DNA of 62,475 nt, filler included. It is 20 parts of 20 records of this genome, joined end to end, with 100 filler letters (N's around TTAATTAATTAA, not from the genome) between each part and the next. Parts side by side here need not be neighbours in the genome. Positions count along the whole stretch, not along the records: positions 11,008 to 13,128 come from SRR36015646_26479; positions 13,229 to 15,608 come from SRR36015646_26558; positions 15,709 to 19,186 come from SRR36015646_27308; positions 19,287 to 21,766 come from SRR36015646_27917; positions 21,867 to 24,418 come from SRR36015646_28041; 15 more parts are not named here. One strand, given 5' to 3'. A program made the translations under genes and the position numbers. The notes under the pieces are model-generated. The model saw only the letters and a list, made by a program, of their open reading frames with translations. It had not been told where the DNA came from and made no database searches. Below are positions 11,009 to 21,867 of this stretch, piece after piece (positions within the stretch are counted from its first letter, which is position 1; each line of letters starts with the position of its first letter).

Positions 11009-13128
11009 ACTAATTGCCATCTCACATCGGATCAACAAGATCAGTTAGATGATTTTGACGCTTATTCCAATGATGTTGAAAGCGATAATGTTTCTCAAAG
11101 TAACAGTAACTCTAGGGAGTCTAGACCTAAGTCTCATAACTTGTCACAAAGTAACTGCTACAATGCAACTTGTGAGTCTAATGATCCAGTCAGCAGACGC
11201 GTAGATGTCGAACCCTCTCCTGTCTTCGAAGCACAGTACAATGGCTGTAAGGTCTTACTGACTTTAGATTGTGGTGCTGAATCAAATTTGATTAGCCTTC
11301 AGCTCGCTCGTAAGATTAAGTGCCCTATTTTTCCAACAAAACTACGTGCTAACCAAGCTGATGGTGAAACACCATTGAACACTGTCGGAGAAACCCACTT
11401 TACACTCCATAGAGGGGAGTTCACGTTTGAGTTTAATGGCCTTGTCGTAAATGGTCTTGGTGTAGAACTACTCGCAAGCATGCCTTTCTTAAACTCAAAT
11501 GACGTTTACGTTCGTCCATCAAAGCGTACTATTTATTTTGGTGATCAAGGACAGGTAAGCTATAACTCGTATTCTAACCGCAGGTTGAATGGTTCTAAAA
11601 TCAACGCTGTAATTTTGAGAATTCCAAAACAGACCACGTTACTACCGGGAGACTCTATTGAAATACCACTCCCTGATAACTTGCTCACAAATGATGAGTA
11701 TCTCGCAGTCGAACCCCGTCCGATTGCCCCTTCTCTAGCCAATGTGAAATTATCTCAGTCTTGGCTAATACCTCAAATTATCACCCCAAGTGATGGTAAA
11801 GTTAGTCTCTGCAACAATGGTAGTCACCCAGTTTTATTAAAAAAACATGAACAAATTTGTAACATACGTCAAACAAGTGATCAGCTACCAGTAATTGACC
11901 TTGGGTGTGGAGAACCCATTAGTCATGATACTGTCAGTAGTACAAAAAATGTTTTGAACACATCTGTCGGTATCCCTAGTACGATTCAGTTTTCTGAATG
12001 TATACAAATAGATCCAGGCAACATGCTTGACAAACGGGTACGAGAACAATTTGCAAATGTCAACCGAAAGTATGACCATGTTTTTAATCCCAAGCTAGGC
12101 TGTTATAATGGGTTTAGTGGCCCCTTTGTTAATGTAATTAATATGGGTCCTACCTTACCACCTCAACGGAAAGGGCGGATGCCTATTTACAAGAACACAG
12201 ACCTTCAAGTTCTACAAGAAAAGTTTGATGAACTAGAATCTCAGGGTGTTTTTGCAAAACCGGAAGACTTGGGAATTACAGCAGAATATTTAAACACGTC
12301 ATTTCTTGTTAAAAAGTCCACGGGCAATAGTAAACGGCTAGTTACAGCCTTTGCTGAAGTAGGTCAGTATGCGAAACCCCAACCAAGCTTAATGTCAAAT
12401 GTTGACAATACATTAAGAGTCATAGCACAGTGGAAATATCTCATTTCAACTGACTTGTCTCAGGCCTTTTACCAGATACCTCTTTCAAAGGATTCTATAA
12501 AATTCTGTGGAGTTTGCACACCCTTTAAAGGTGTTAGGGTTTACACTAGATCAGCTATGGGTATGCCTGGATCAGAAACAGCGTTGGAAGAATTGTTGTA
12601 TAGAGTGCTAGGTGTCCAAATCAGTAAAGGTTCCGTTGCTAAAGTCGCAGATGATTTGTATTGTGGTGGTAACACTCCCGAGGCAGCTCTCCAAGCCTGG
12701 GAGAATGTTTTGAGGGCTCTTTCTGATAATGGGCTAAGACTCTCTGCATCCAAAACAACCTGTTGCCCTAACTCCACAACTATTCTTGGTTGGATTTGGA
12801 ATTGTGGGTCACTCGAAGCCAGTCCTCATCGCATTTCCGCCCTGACCGCTTGTGATCCCCCCAACACAGTTCGCGGATTGAGGTCTTTTATAGGAGCTTA
12901 TAAATTCCTGAGTAGAGTTTTACCATCCTATGCCGTAGTATTGTACCCATTAGAGCAGATAGTTGCTGGCAAACAGTCTCAGGACAAAATTGCCTGGTCT
13001 TCGGACATGTTACAAATCTTTCAAAGATGTAAAGACCACTTGAGTAACCGTAAATCTATTGTCCTACCCAAGGCAGATGATCAGTTACAAATCATCACAG
13101 ACGGTTCAATTGTGGCGACTGGAATAGC
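11009..13128 (+). CDS. pol: Ty3/Gypsy pol fragment (aspartic protease, RT, start of RNase H)
   Basis: LDCGAESNLI protease; SFLVKK..KRLV, TDLSQAFYQIPL, SAMGMPGS, KVADDLY, ILGW, LRSFIG, IITDGS. Confidence 0.9.
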
Positions 13129-13228
13129 NNNNNNNNNNNNNNNNNNNNNNNNNNNNNNNNNNNNNNNNNNNNTTAATTAATTAANNNNNNNNNNNNNNNN
13201 NNNNNNNNNNNNNNNNNNNNNNNNNNNN

Positions 13229-15608
13229 CTCACTCCACCAGCTCATATTTACTCACTCATCCAGCTCATATTTACTCTGCTCTAATCCAATTCAGAATAG
13301 ACGTTTAGTTCCGTGTGTTCTCCAACATGCCTCGAATAAATTCACTAAAATTTTCTTACCACCCTTGGTGTTACCATATTGAAACATACTGACCCGGGAA
13401 ATTACGAAAACAACTAAATATCAATAAAGAGTCATGCTACGACTCCTTTTCATAAAACTCTGTTCCTTCTTTCCGTAAGTATACCTAATAATTCTACCCC
13501 GATTCCACTCATGATAAACTATTCTGTTTCCTGGTTACTGTAAATATACTCCGATTCCACTCACAGAAAAACTATATGGCTCCAACTAAGAATAAAACTA
13601 TCCTAAATCCTACCCATAAGAAAACCTTTTCCTGCTGCTATGAAGTAAAAATTTAAGCATAAAAAGTAACATATTTTTGGCCTATGTACATATCCTAAAT
13701 GCCACTAATTATCATAATTATCCGCAATTATCCGATAGGAAAAAGGTGTATCCACTATGTTTGTGTTAAATGAATATATCAGCCTGTGAGATCTGGACTG
13801 TTACATCATGAACAGTATGTTTGGCTGTGTCCACATGAGCAAAGTAATTCTAACGTTGTCCTTGCGAGGGGAGAAGATTACTAGAAACGTTTTCACGGTT
13901 CCGTAACATGACGCTCTAAACCTCTGGTTTCACTTTCTCCTGTTAACATATTGCCCTACCTCCTTGTTCTTAAATCTGATCTTTGGGTATAGTGGTATTA
14001 GACTCGTTCTCACGTAAATATATATTTAGTATGCATCTAATGCAATCCACATTAAATTTTTGCAGGGTTGGAAAAGTATGGATTGCTTGTGAAAATTGCC
14101 ATTAGTGCTCTTAAAATAAAAAATTCATTGTTTATATTTTAAAAATTCATTGTTTATATTATTAAGGGATAAACAAAGTTCATGGTTATTTAATATTAAT
14201 ACGATCAGTTAGGTAAGGATTCATTGGGTTGATCCAAATAAAATTCCTGAAGAAAAGAAAAATTGGGAACATAATTAAAACAAAGTTTGCGCCTATTTGG
14301 GTCAGGGATTTTGCAAACCCCGACCGTAGGGATTAGCAACCCCTGCTTGAACGAACCTGATGGTTAGACAGTGTGTACCAGTCTGTAACTTCTAGCCCCA
14401 TATTGTAATGCTTATGTTGAGCAGGAAGTATTTTTAGGAAGAATAATGCATTGATTCACGCCCCGCCCCAGACTGAAGTTGTTTTAGGAGGAACAAAATT
14501 TTTGCCCAGGGTTTTTACGGGACTATATCAAATGTATCGAGTGCCAAAGTAAGGGTGAGAGCCTCACTTTGAGTTATGAGAGCGAATTTTGATGAATAGT
14601 TGTCTAAAATTGTTTGTTTTGATCCCTCAAATACCATACTGAGCATTATGTTTTAGAAAAATAGGAGGAAATTATGTTAGTCCAGCCGGATGAAGATTTA
14701 CATTAATTTGATCATTCCTAGTACACTAAAAATTATTAATAAAATATTTTGATTTTTCTGTGTAGACTTCGTAACACCTAAGAGTCTGCTAGGCGTTTAG
14801 GTGCCGTAAGAATCTCATTATATTCCCTGTTATTAAAATTTATTATATTTCGGATTAAAACAAACTAATCGAACTTGCAAGTTTTAAATAATGCTCTGTC
14901 ATTTCTTTTATATATTGAGCACCATATGGTGCGAACCACTCAAAATTAGAGATATTTCTGCCTATCAATGGTTTTCATTCGCAAGAGATTCCGTAGTTTC
15001 CAGGCTCTGTAACCCAGCATATCCAAAAATTGAAACCCTGTATCAGATAAGTCCTTAGACCGTGGCCAGAAAAGTCATGATACGGGGAATTTTGTGTACC
15101 TATCCATAAGGTAAAGGGGGTGATGTATAGATTTGTACAGTAGTTGTCTGGTTTTGCCAGTGATAGTGGTCCAGAAAATGGTCGGACCTGATTTTGATTT
15201 TAGTAGGTGAATGGAGTATCCTAAGAACAAATCTCCAGTATTATAAGTATGAGTGTATTCAGTTGATACGTGATATAGCACAATAATTCAACTGGTGAGA
15301 AGATAGAAGAATTTCTTTAGCAAAAAAATAAATAAAATAAAAATTGATCTCAATTAAATCTGGCTATGAGATAACTTGTAGATGAGCGGGGACTGGCAAA
15401 ACCAGACTGGCCAAATTTGTGTTTACCTATAGATATTATTATTTATAAAAATTAATAAGAAATGTGATATAATGGGTATGTGCGATGTTCTGTTATTTTA
15501 GAAGCTCTTGTGTAAGGGATACTAAGAGCTCGTCGTGGTACAGGTGATCCCCTGGTGGTCCACTTCTAGAATGGTTATGGAATGGTGCATGGTAATGCAA
15601 TGGTACAT
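13229..15608. other. AT-rich non-coding contig with short direct repeats and hairpins; origin unassigned
   Basis: Only one 68-aa ORF. Repeats ccagctcatatttactc x2 (~13239-13277), ccgattccactca x2 (~13499, ~13551) and aaaaattcattgtttatatt x2 (~14119-14160). Confidence 0.55.
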
Positions 15609-15708
15609 NNNNNNNNNNNNNNNNNNNNNNNNNNNNNNNNNNNNNNNNNNNNTTAATTAATTAANNNNNNNNNNNNNNNNNNNNNNNNNNNNNNNNNNNN
15701 NNNNNNNN

Positions 15709-18700
15709 GGTATGATAAACTTCATAAGGGCGTACGTACCCAATTTGGTCGCTTACGTGACACCCATGTATACGCTCACATCAAAGAAAGTACCCTTCGA
15801 ATGGACGGCCGAACTGTCAGAGTTAAAACGGAAGCTGCTTGACAAGCTTACCTCCCTTCCGGTACTGGGGTTACCCATTGTTGGGGAGCGCTTCGTTTTA
15901 TATAGTGACGCGAGCAAGTATGCAGTTGCATTTGTATTGTGTCAGACTCGGACACTGACCAACGGGAAAACCGGAATGAAATTCATTGCATTCGGATCAA
16001 AACGTCTGAACTTGAGCCAGAGTCGCTGGCATTCGAATGAACAAGAATTCTTCGCATTTCTCACCGGATTCCTGCGCTACCGACAGTACTTGGAGCAAAG
16101 CACCTTCATATGGAGATCAGATAATTTGAGCATTATCTACGTCCAGCAATTACGCCAGGGTCAAGGTCTGCTAATGGCCAGCGCCCGGGTTGTGAGGTGG
16201 GCCAGTGCGGTTTCCCACATCAAGATGATCCCTCAGTTTATTCCTGGGAAGTTAAATGCGCTCTGCGACTTCCTCTCCCGTTCACCGATAAATTGTGACA
16301 GCCCGGAGGCACTACCGGATCCACACGAGAATAATAGTATCCTAGAGATGGATATGCACCTGGAGCACATTGACGACTTTTTGCCACATCCGAAAGAAGG
16401 GATCCTGGAACGCTTCTCCCCTTTCATCGAGAGCCCCGGAGAAGCGAGTGGAAAGGAACAATATTTCAAGGGGCCGACCACATTAACAGAAGGGACAACA
16501 ACGCAGTTGGTGCTGAGGTTTACCACAATCAGGCGAGGCTGGCATGTAAATGTGCCGGGACTCAAGAATTTGATTCAAGGGGTAGCTGCGGATTTGGATA
16601 CGCAAGGCGATCCCGTGTTCGAAAAACTACAGGACAAGTACAAACTGAGGGAAAAACTTAAAATAGAGGTGAGTGGTGTCGGGGAACAGCTGACCCTGGG
16701 CCATCTCTACGTCATGACCAAAGGGATTGCAACCTTGTTCACGATGATCATAAGACAAACGGCAGATGCAGACATCAATTTGCACGCACTCTTAGCAGCG
16801 CTGCACGAGATTCGAAGATTCGCAGAGGAAAACCGGGCCTATCATTTCCAGATGGATGTACCTTCAGTAACAGGGAAAAATCTGGATTTGCCGATGCTCC
16901 GAGATTTCCTCGACACCATCTTCAGGCAGTCGCGCGTGCACATTGAGCTGTTCAACCGACAACAAGACGAACCTGAAATAGAGCGCAATGACGTCGTAAG
17001 AGACGTAAAGCCACGAATCGAGCATCCACCCAACACTGTTAAACACGTAACGATTCACCCGCAAGTCACGTCAAAACAAAGAAAAATGGGAGGGTGTATA
17101 CCGGAGGAGTGGATAGGAACACATAAAACGACCGACTTCTATGCAGCAGTACGGGACACCTGCCAGAAGGTTGGCGCCGAATCAGATACGGAAAACAAAG
17201 ACTTCTGGGTGAGAGCTGTCGACGTAAATGAAACCGACTTCAACCACCTGTATGATATCCTGGCAATAGATGACGAAGCTAAGATAGCCCAACTACAAGG
17301 AGAAGACCCACTCATTTCCGGTATCCGGGGATTGTTAAAAGACCCCCCAAGACCAGCACAGGGATGTGACGCACAACAACGAACAGTGGAACTAGAACTC
17401 CCATTATGTTTTGTCACAGATACTGAGATCGTGCGGAAATGGGTAAAACAACACAACACGGACGAACCGCTCTCGGTGCTTTTTGTCCCAGAGAAACTGG
17501 TGCCTTCCTGTATAGCGCTGGCACACTCTCACACACTGTCGGCACACCAGTCGCGGGACCGAATGTTAACACGACTACGAAGACATTATTATTGGAGGGG
17601 GATGACGCGTGATGCAACAGCATTTCAAAAATCGTGTACCATATGCCAATCCTATAGGCAGAGCGATAAGGGAGCACCCGAACCAGGACACGCAGCCCAG
17701 ACACCCGGAGGGGTGGGCATATGTGTGCAAATGGATGTGTGTTCGGGATTACCCACCTCCACCGATGGACACGTAGCGTTCCTTTCGGTGATCTGCGTAT
17801 ACTCAAGATTCAGAATTTACACGCCACTAAAATCCCAGACTACAGAAGAAATAGCAATGGCGCTATTCGTCAACTGGTACATGGTGTTCGGACCACCCAT
17901 GTGGTTACGCCTGGACAATGCCGCAGCCCATCGTGCCCCCTTGATGGCAAAATTGAACAACCTGATGGGGACCAAACTACGGTTCTCAAGTACTTATCAC
18001 TCGCCAAGCTTGGGCGCTTGCGAAAATTCGCACCGGGAAGCCCTGAATGTCATTCGGAGGTGCGCCGAACATGATAGACGAGAGTGGCCCCGATACATCG
18101 CTATTGCCCAGGCCCTGGCAAATCGAACAGTACACCCGGCCACTGGCTATACGCCATTCCAACTGATGTTCGCACGGCCCGTGACCCGCGATAGTATCGG
18201 GCGCTACAATGAACACTGGGAAACAGACTACAACCTCCATCCACGTGATTTCGTAGAAGATATCCAGATGTACCGTATGGAGATAGAACAGGAAACACAA
18301 TCCAACTTAGAGGGTAATCGTGAGACCATCAACTACGGACTCAACCAGAAATGCATGTGGAAAAGGTACGAAGTAGGAGACCTCGTCTGGCTGGAAATGC
18401 TGGGACATAGAGGCAAACACATTCCTACTAAACTTCGACCGAAGTTCCACGGTCCATTCTATGTGCAGGCTGTCCTTGCTAGATCAGTGTATGTATTGGT
18501 CAACATGACCACTGGACTCCGCCACCCAGGAACAATACACTCCTCGCGATTGAAACCCTATCAAGATCCCAACGCCACAGCGGTGACGAAAAGGTTCCAA
18601 GAAAGACAGCGACGATGGAGACAGGAGGCGCAGCGTGAACAAGTGCCTACAGACGGGGAAGGAACCCAAGACGAGACGCCTGACAACCTCGAGATACCAA

Positions 18701-19186
18701 CACAGGATAACGAAGCCGTGGAAGCCATGGACATGAGAGGCAGGGACCCCTTCGACCAAATACCAATCCGAATCGAGGATAGGTCAGAAGAGGAAGGCCA
18801 GGCCCCGGCTCGGGACGACGAAGACGTCGGAGCCCGGGACCTGAGAAGGGTAGATCCTTTCGACGAGGCACCAGCGCAAACTGAAAAGAGATCAGCAGAG
18901 GCGTACCCGGCGCAGGACAACGAAGAAATGGACATAGACCCATGGGAAAAGGCCCCACACGAGGGGGAACGAATCCGGATTACCACCACCAGGGAAAATT
19001 TGGAAGACTTAGAGGAAGGGGCTGTTGCATTATTTATAACCGCCAGACAGTGGCCTCGGTACAGCAGTGCTAACGCATTCATTAAGAAACACAGATTGAA
19101 AACAGACCTTGAATTGAAAGACAGACAAATCGGGGACATTAGATCTGTGCAGAGGGATGACCTACTGATTTGGGTCATTACCCACA
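15709..19186 (+). CDS. pol: Ty3/Gypsy pol fragment: RT connection, RNase H, macrodomain-like insert, integrase, acidic repeats, second macrodomain-like region
   Basis: RNase H LYSDASKYAV..EQEFFA..RSDN..NALCDFLSR; integrase AHSHTLSAH..YYWRGM..CTIC, QMDV, LDNAA, GACENSHR, KFHGPF. Confidence 0.9.
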
Positions 19187-19286
19187 NNNNNNNNNNNNNN
19201 NNNNNNNNNNNNNNNNNNNNNNNNNNNNNNTTAATTAATTAANNNNNNNNNNNNNNNNNNNNNNNNNNNNNNNNNNNNNNNNNNNN

Positions 19287-21453
19287 CAGTTCCGAGCTTG
19301 TTTATCTCTAAAAGGTCCATTATGTGGTTTACTTGTTGATCTTCTGTGACGACTACCGTCTTGTCATCGGCATGTGCCACCACTTTAATGTTCGTGTTGT
19401 TTACAGTTAGTCCTGTTAGTATTGGGTCCTTGATGATTGTCTGAATAAAAGGCTCAGCAGCCAAAACATATAGGTACATCGAAAGCGGGCAGCCCTGACG
19501 AGTTCCACGAGTTAATTCAAATCTCTCTCCTTGCCAACCATTGATGAGCATGCTGCTTGTTATTTCTTTGTAGAGTGTTGAGATCCAGCTTCTTAGATTA
19601 GGTCCAAAGTTGTATTTGGCTAGGCATAAGTCTAAAAAATCCCACTCCACTCTGTCAAAAGCTTTCTCTTCGTCGATGCATACCAGACCCATTTGTTTGT
19701 TTTCTGTATTGGAGAAAGAGATAATGTCCCGGATTATGGATATGTTTTCTGTGATCTCTTTACCTTTGACAGCGCATGTTTGTGCATCTCCTATAATTGA
19801 TGGAAGAACTTGTTGCAGTCTGTTTGCTATGATCTTTGCCAGAATCTTGTAATCTGTGTTTAGAAGACTAATTGGACGCCAATTTTTGAGTTCTTCTCGA
19901 ATATCTAGTTCCTTAAAGATGAGTATTAGAAGGGCATTCTTCATTGAGTCAGGCATATTCTGTTGTTGAAATATTTCCTGAATCATCTGCAAGTATTCAT
20001 CTCGTATTTTGTCCCAGAAAATATTGTAAAAAAGCGAACCAAGACCATCTTCACCAGGTGACTTTCCAGTTTTCATTTTACTTATCGCTTTGTCACATTC
20101 CTCAGCTGTTATTTGTCTGTCACACCAGTTTCTTTGGTCGTTACTTAGTTTTTTGTCCACGTTCTCCAGCAAACGTGCTGATTCCTCTCGAGTTATTCCT
20201 TCTGAAGAATAAAGATCTTTGTAATACTTAGTGCAGGCTGCGAGTATACCTTGATTTGTAGTTTGCATAGTGCCGTGTTTGTCCTTGATCCCTCTCACTG
20301 TTTTGCTTTTGGCTTTCTGTTTCTCTAGACCGAGAAAGAATTTGGTTGGCCTCTCTCCCTCCTCTTCCCATGTAATCCTCGCGCGTATTTTATCACCTTG
20401 AGTTTTTTTCTGTTCTATTTCTTTTAGTCTTGACTCAATGTTGTCCAACAGGTCTTTGTATTGTGGATGTCCATTGTTAAACTTAGTTTGTATTCTCTTG
20501 TGGTCTTTGAGAAGTTTCTTTTGTAAACGTTTTTCTTTCTTCCTTATTGTCTTGCTGTATTCCATCGATATGTATTTCACATCTCTTTTCATTTTATCCC
20601 ACCATTCGCACCAGCTCTGTGTGTGTGGCTTGGATGCCTTCCATTCTTCTATATATTTGTTGATTTCTTCTTTGTAGTGGGCATCCTTGAGTAAGGATTC
20701 GTTAAGCATCCATATCCCTGGGCCCCTTTTAATATCTGTCAGCGGATCAAGCTTCATGGCCATGGCGTCATGGTCACTCCACACACACAGCTTCATTCTT
20801 ATATCGACTACCGAGCTTGACAGACGTCCATCTACCAGAAAGTAGTCTAGTCGGCTCGCAATTGTTCTGGCACGGTTCTGGTAGGTGAAGCTCTTTGTTT
20901 CTGGGAAGCGGTCTCGCCATATGTCAAAAAGATTGCTTTCGTTCATCATTTCTCGGATTACCGGTCGGCTCGAGTCATGACTTGCTCTTTCTTGCAGCGA
21001 ATCCAGCTTAACATCCATCAGAAGGTTCAAATCTCCTGCCACAATGTTGGTGGACGTGTTGCTAATGCGGTTTCGAACAGCTGCTCTAAAGAAATGCTTT
21101 CGTTCACTTGCTGTGTTTGGAGCATATGCGTTGACCACTCTGATTGTTTCATTATTCCATATTACTTCTGCGCTAATCAAGCGTCCGTCAGTATCTGGTA
21201 TAACATTGTTAATGGTTAAATTAGATTGGCGCCTAGATATGATGCAGACTCCTCGAGCATTTGCTGCCCCATGACTGAAGTGCATACCACCATCCCATTC
21301 ACGTTTCCATTGTTTCTCTGTTAGTTGTGTGGAGTGCGTTTCTTGAAGAAAGGCTAGATCTGTTTTTGTTCTTTTTAACCATGCAAAAATTTCACTTCTT
21401 TTCTCGTAGTTTTGTATGCCATTAACGTTTAAAGTTATGAGGTTAATGGCCAT
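19287..21453 (-). CDS. L1/Tx1-clade LINE ORF2 (APE endonuclease + RT), 3' truncated
   Basis: MAINLITLNVNG, FLQETH, NAYAPN, AGDLN, SRLDYF, SDHD, EGERPTKFF, KSPGEDG, NWRPISLLNTDYK, DEEKAFDRV, GTRQGCPLS, AHADD. The likely start is the ATG at 21453, 7 nt after the ORF1 stop. Confidence 0.92.
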
Positions 21454-21460
21454 TATTGTT

Positions 21461-21766
21461 TTAGTTACTAACAACCAAATCAGTAGTTTTCTCTCCATTG
21501 TGTGTTGTTGCAGGTGTTGATTTTTTCGGGTGCTTTTTCTCTGGCCGCTTTGATCTCCACCAATATCTTCCTTTACCGAACCAGGCATCCTTCTCACTGT
21601 ACTTCGTAATTTCACCTTTTAATTCTTCGCATACATCCTTGAGTATGATCATATTTCTGCTTGCTATTTCCTTATTATCTTTTCTTCTCCAATGCCAGAG
21701 TCCATCTTGAGTCATAAAGGGCTCCATAAACGGTAGGTTTAAATACATTGGAGTCAGTCCAGGTGG
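21461..21766 (-). CDS. Probable C-terminus of ORF1 of the same Tx1/L1 element
   Basis: The frame is open from the contig edge (PPGLTPMYLNL...) and stops at a TAA 7 nt upstream of the ORF2 ATG; basic C-terminus. Confidence 0.55.
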   Translation of the reverse strand, partial: PPGLTPMYLNLPFMEPFMTQDGLWHWRRKDNKEIASRNMIILKDVCEELKGEITKYSEKDAWFGKGRYWWRSKRPEKKHPKKSTPATTHNGEKTTDLVVSN

Positions 21767-21867
21767 NNNNNNNNNNNNNNNNNNNNNNNNNNNNNNNNNN
21801 NNNNNNNNNNTTAATTAATTAANNNNNNNNNNNNNNNNNNNNNNNNNNNNNNNNNNNNNNNNNNNNC

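Noticed and set aside
2002-13128. A composite giant element or virus with env, PLE RT, PolB and Gypsy pol
   Set aside because: Each gene is on a different contig separated by artificial linkers.
18561-19178. 205-aa antisense ORF and the many other 60-185 aa overlapping ORFs
   Set aside because: These are shadow frames of long coding sequences with no recognisable motifs.
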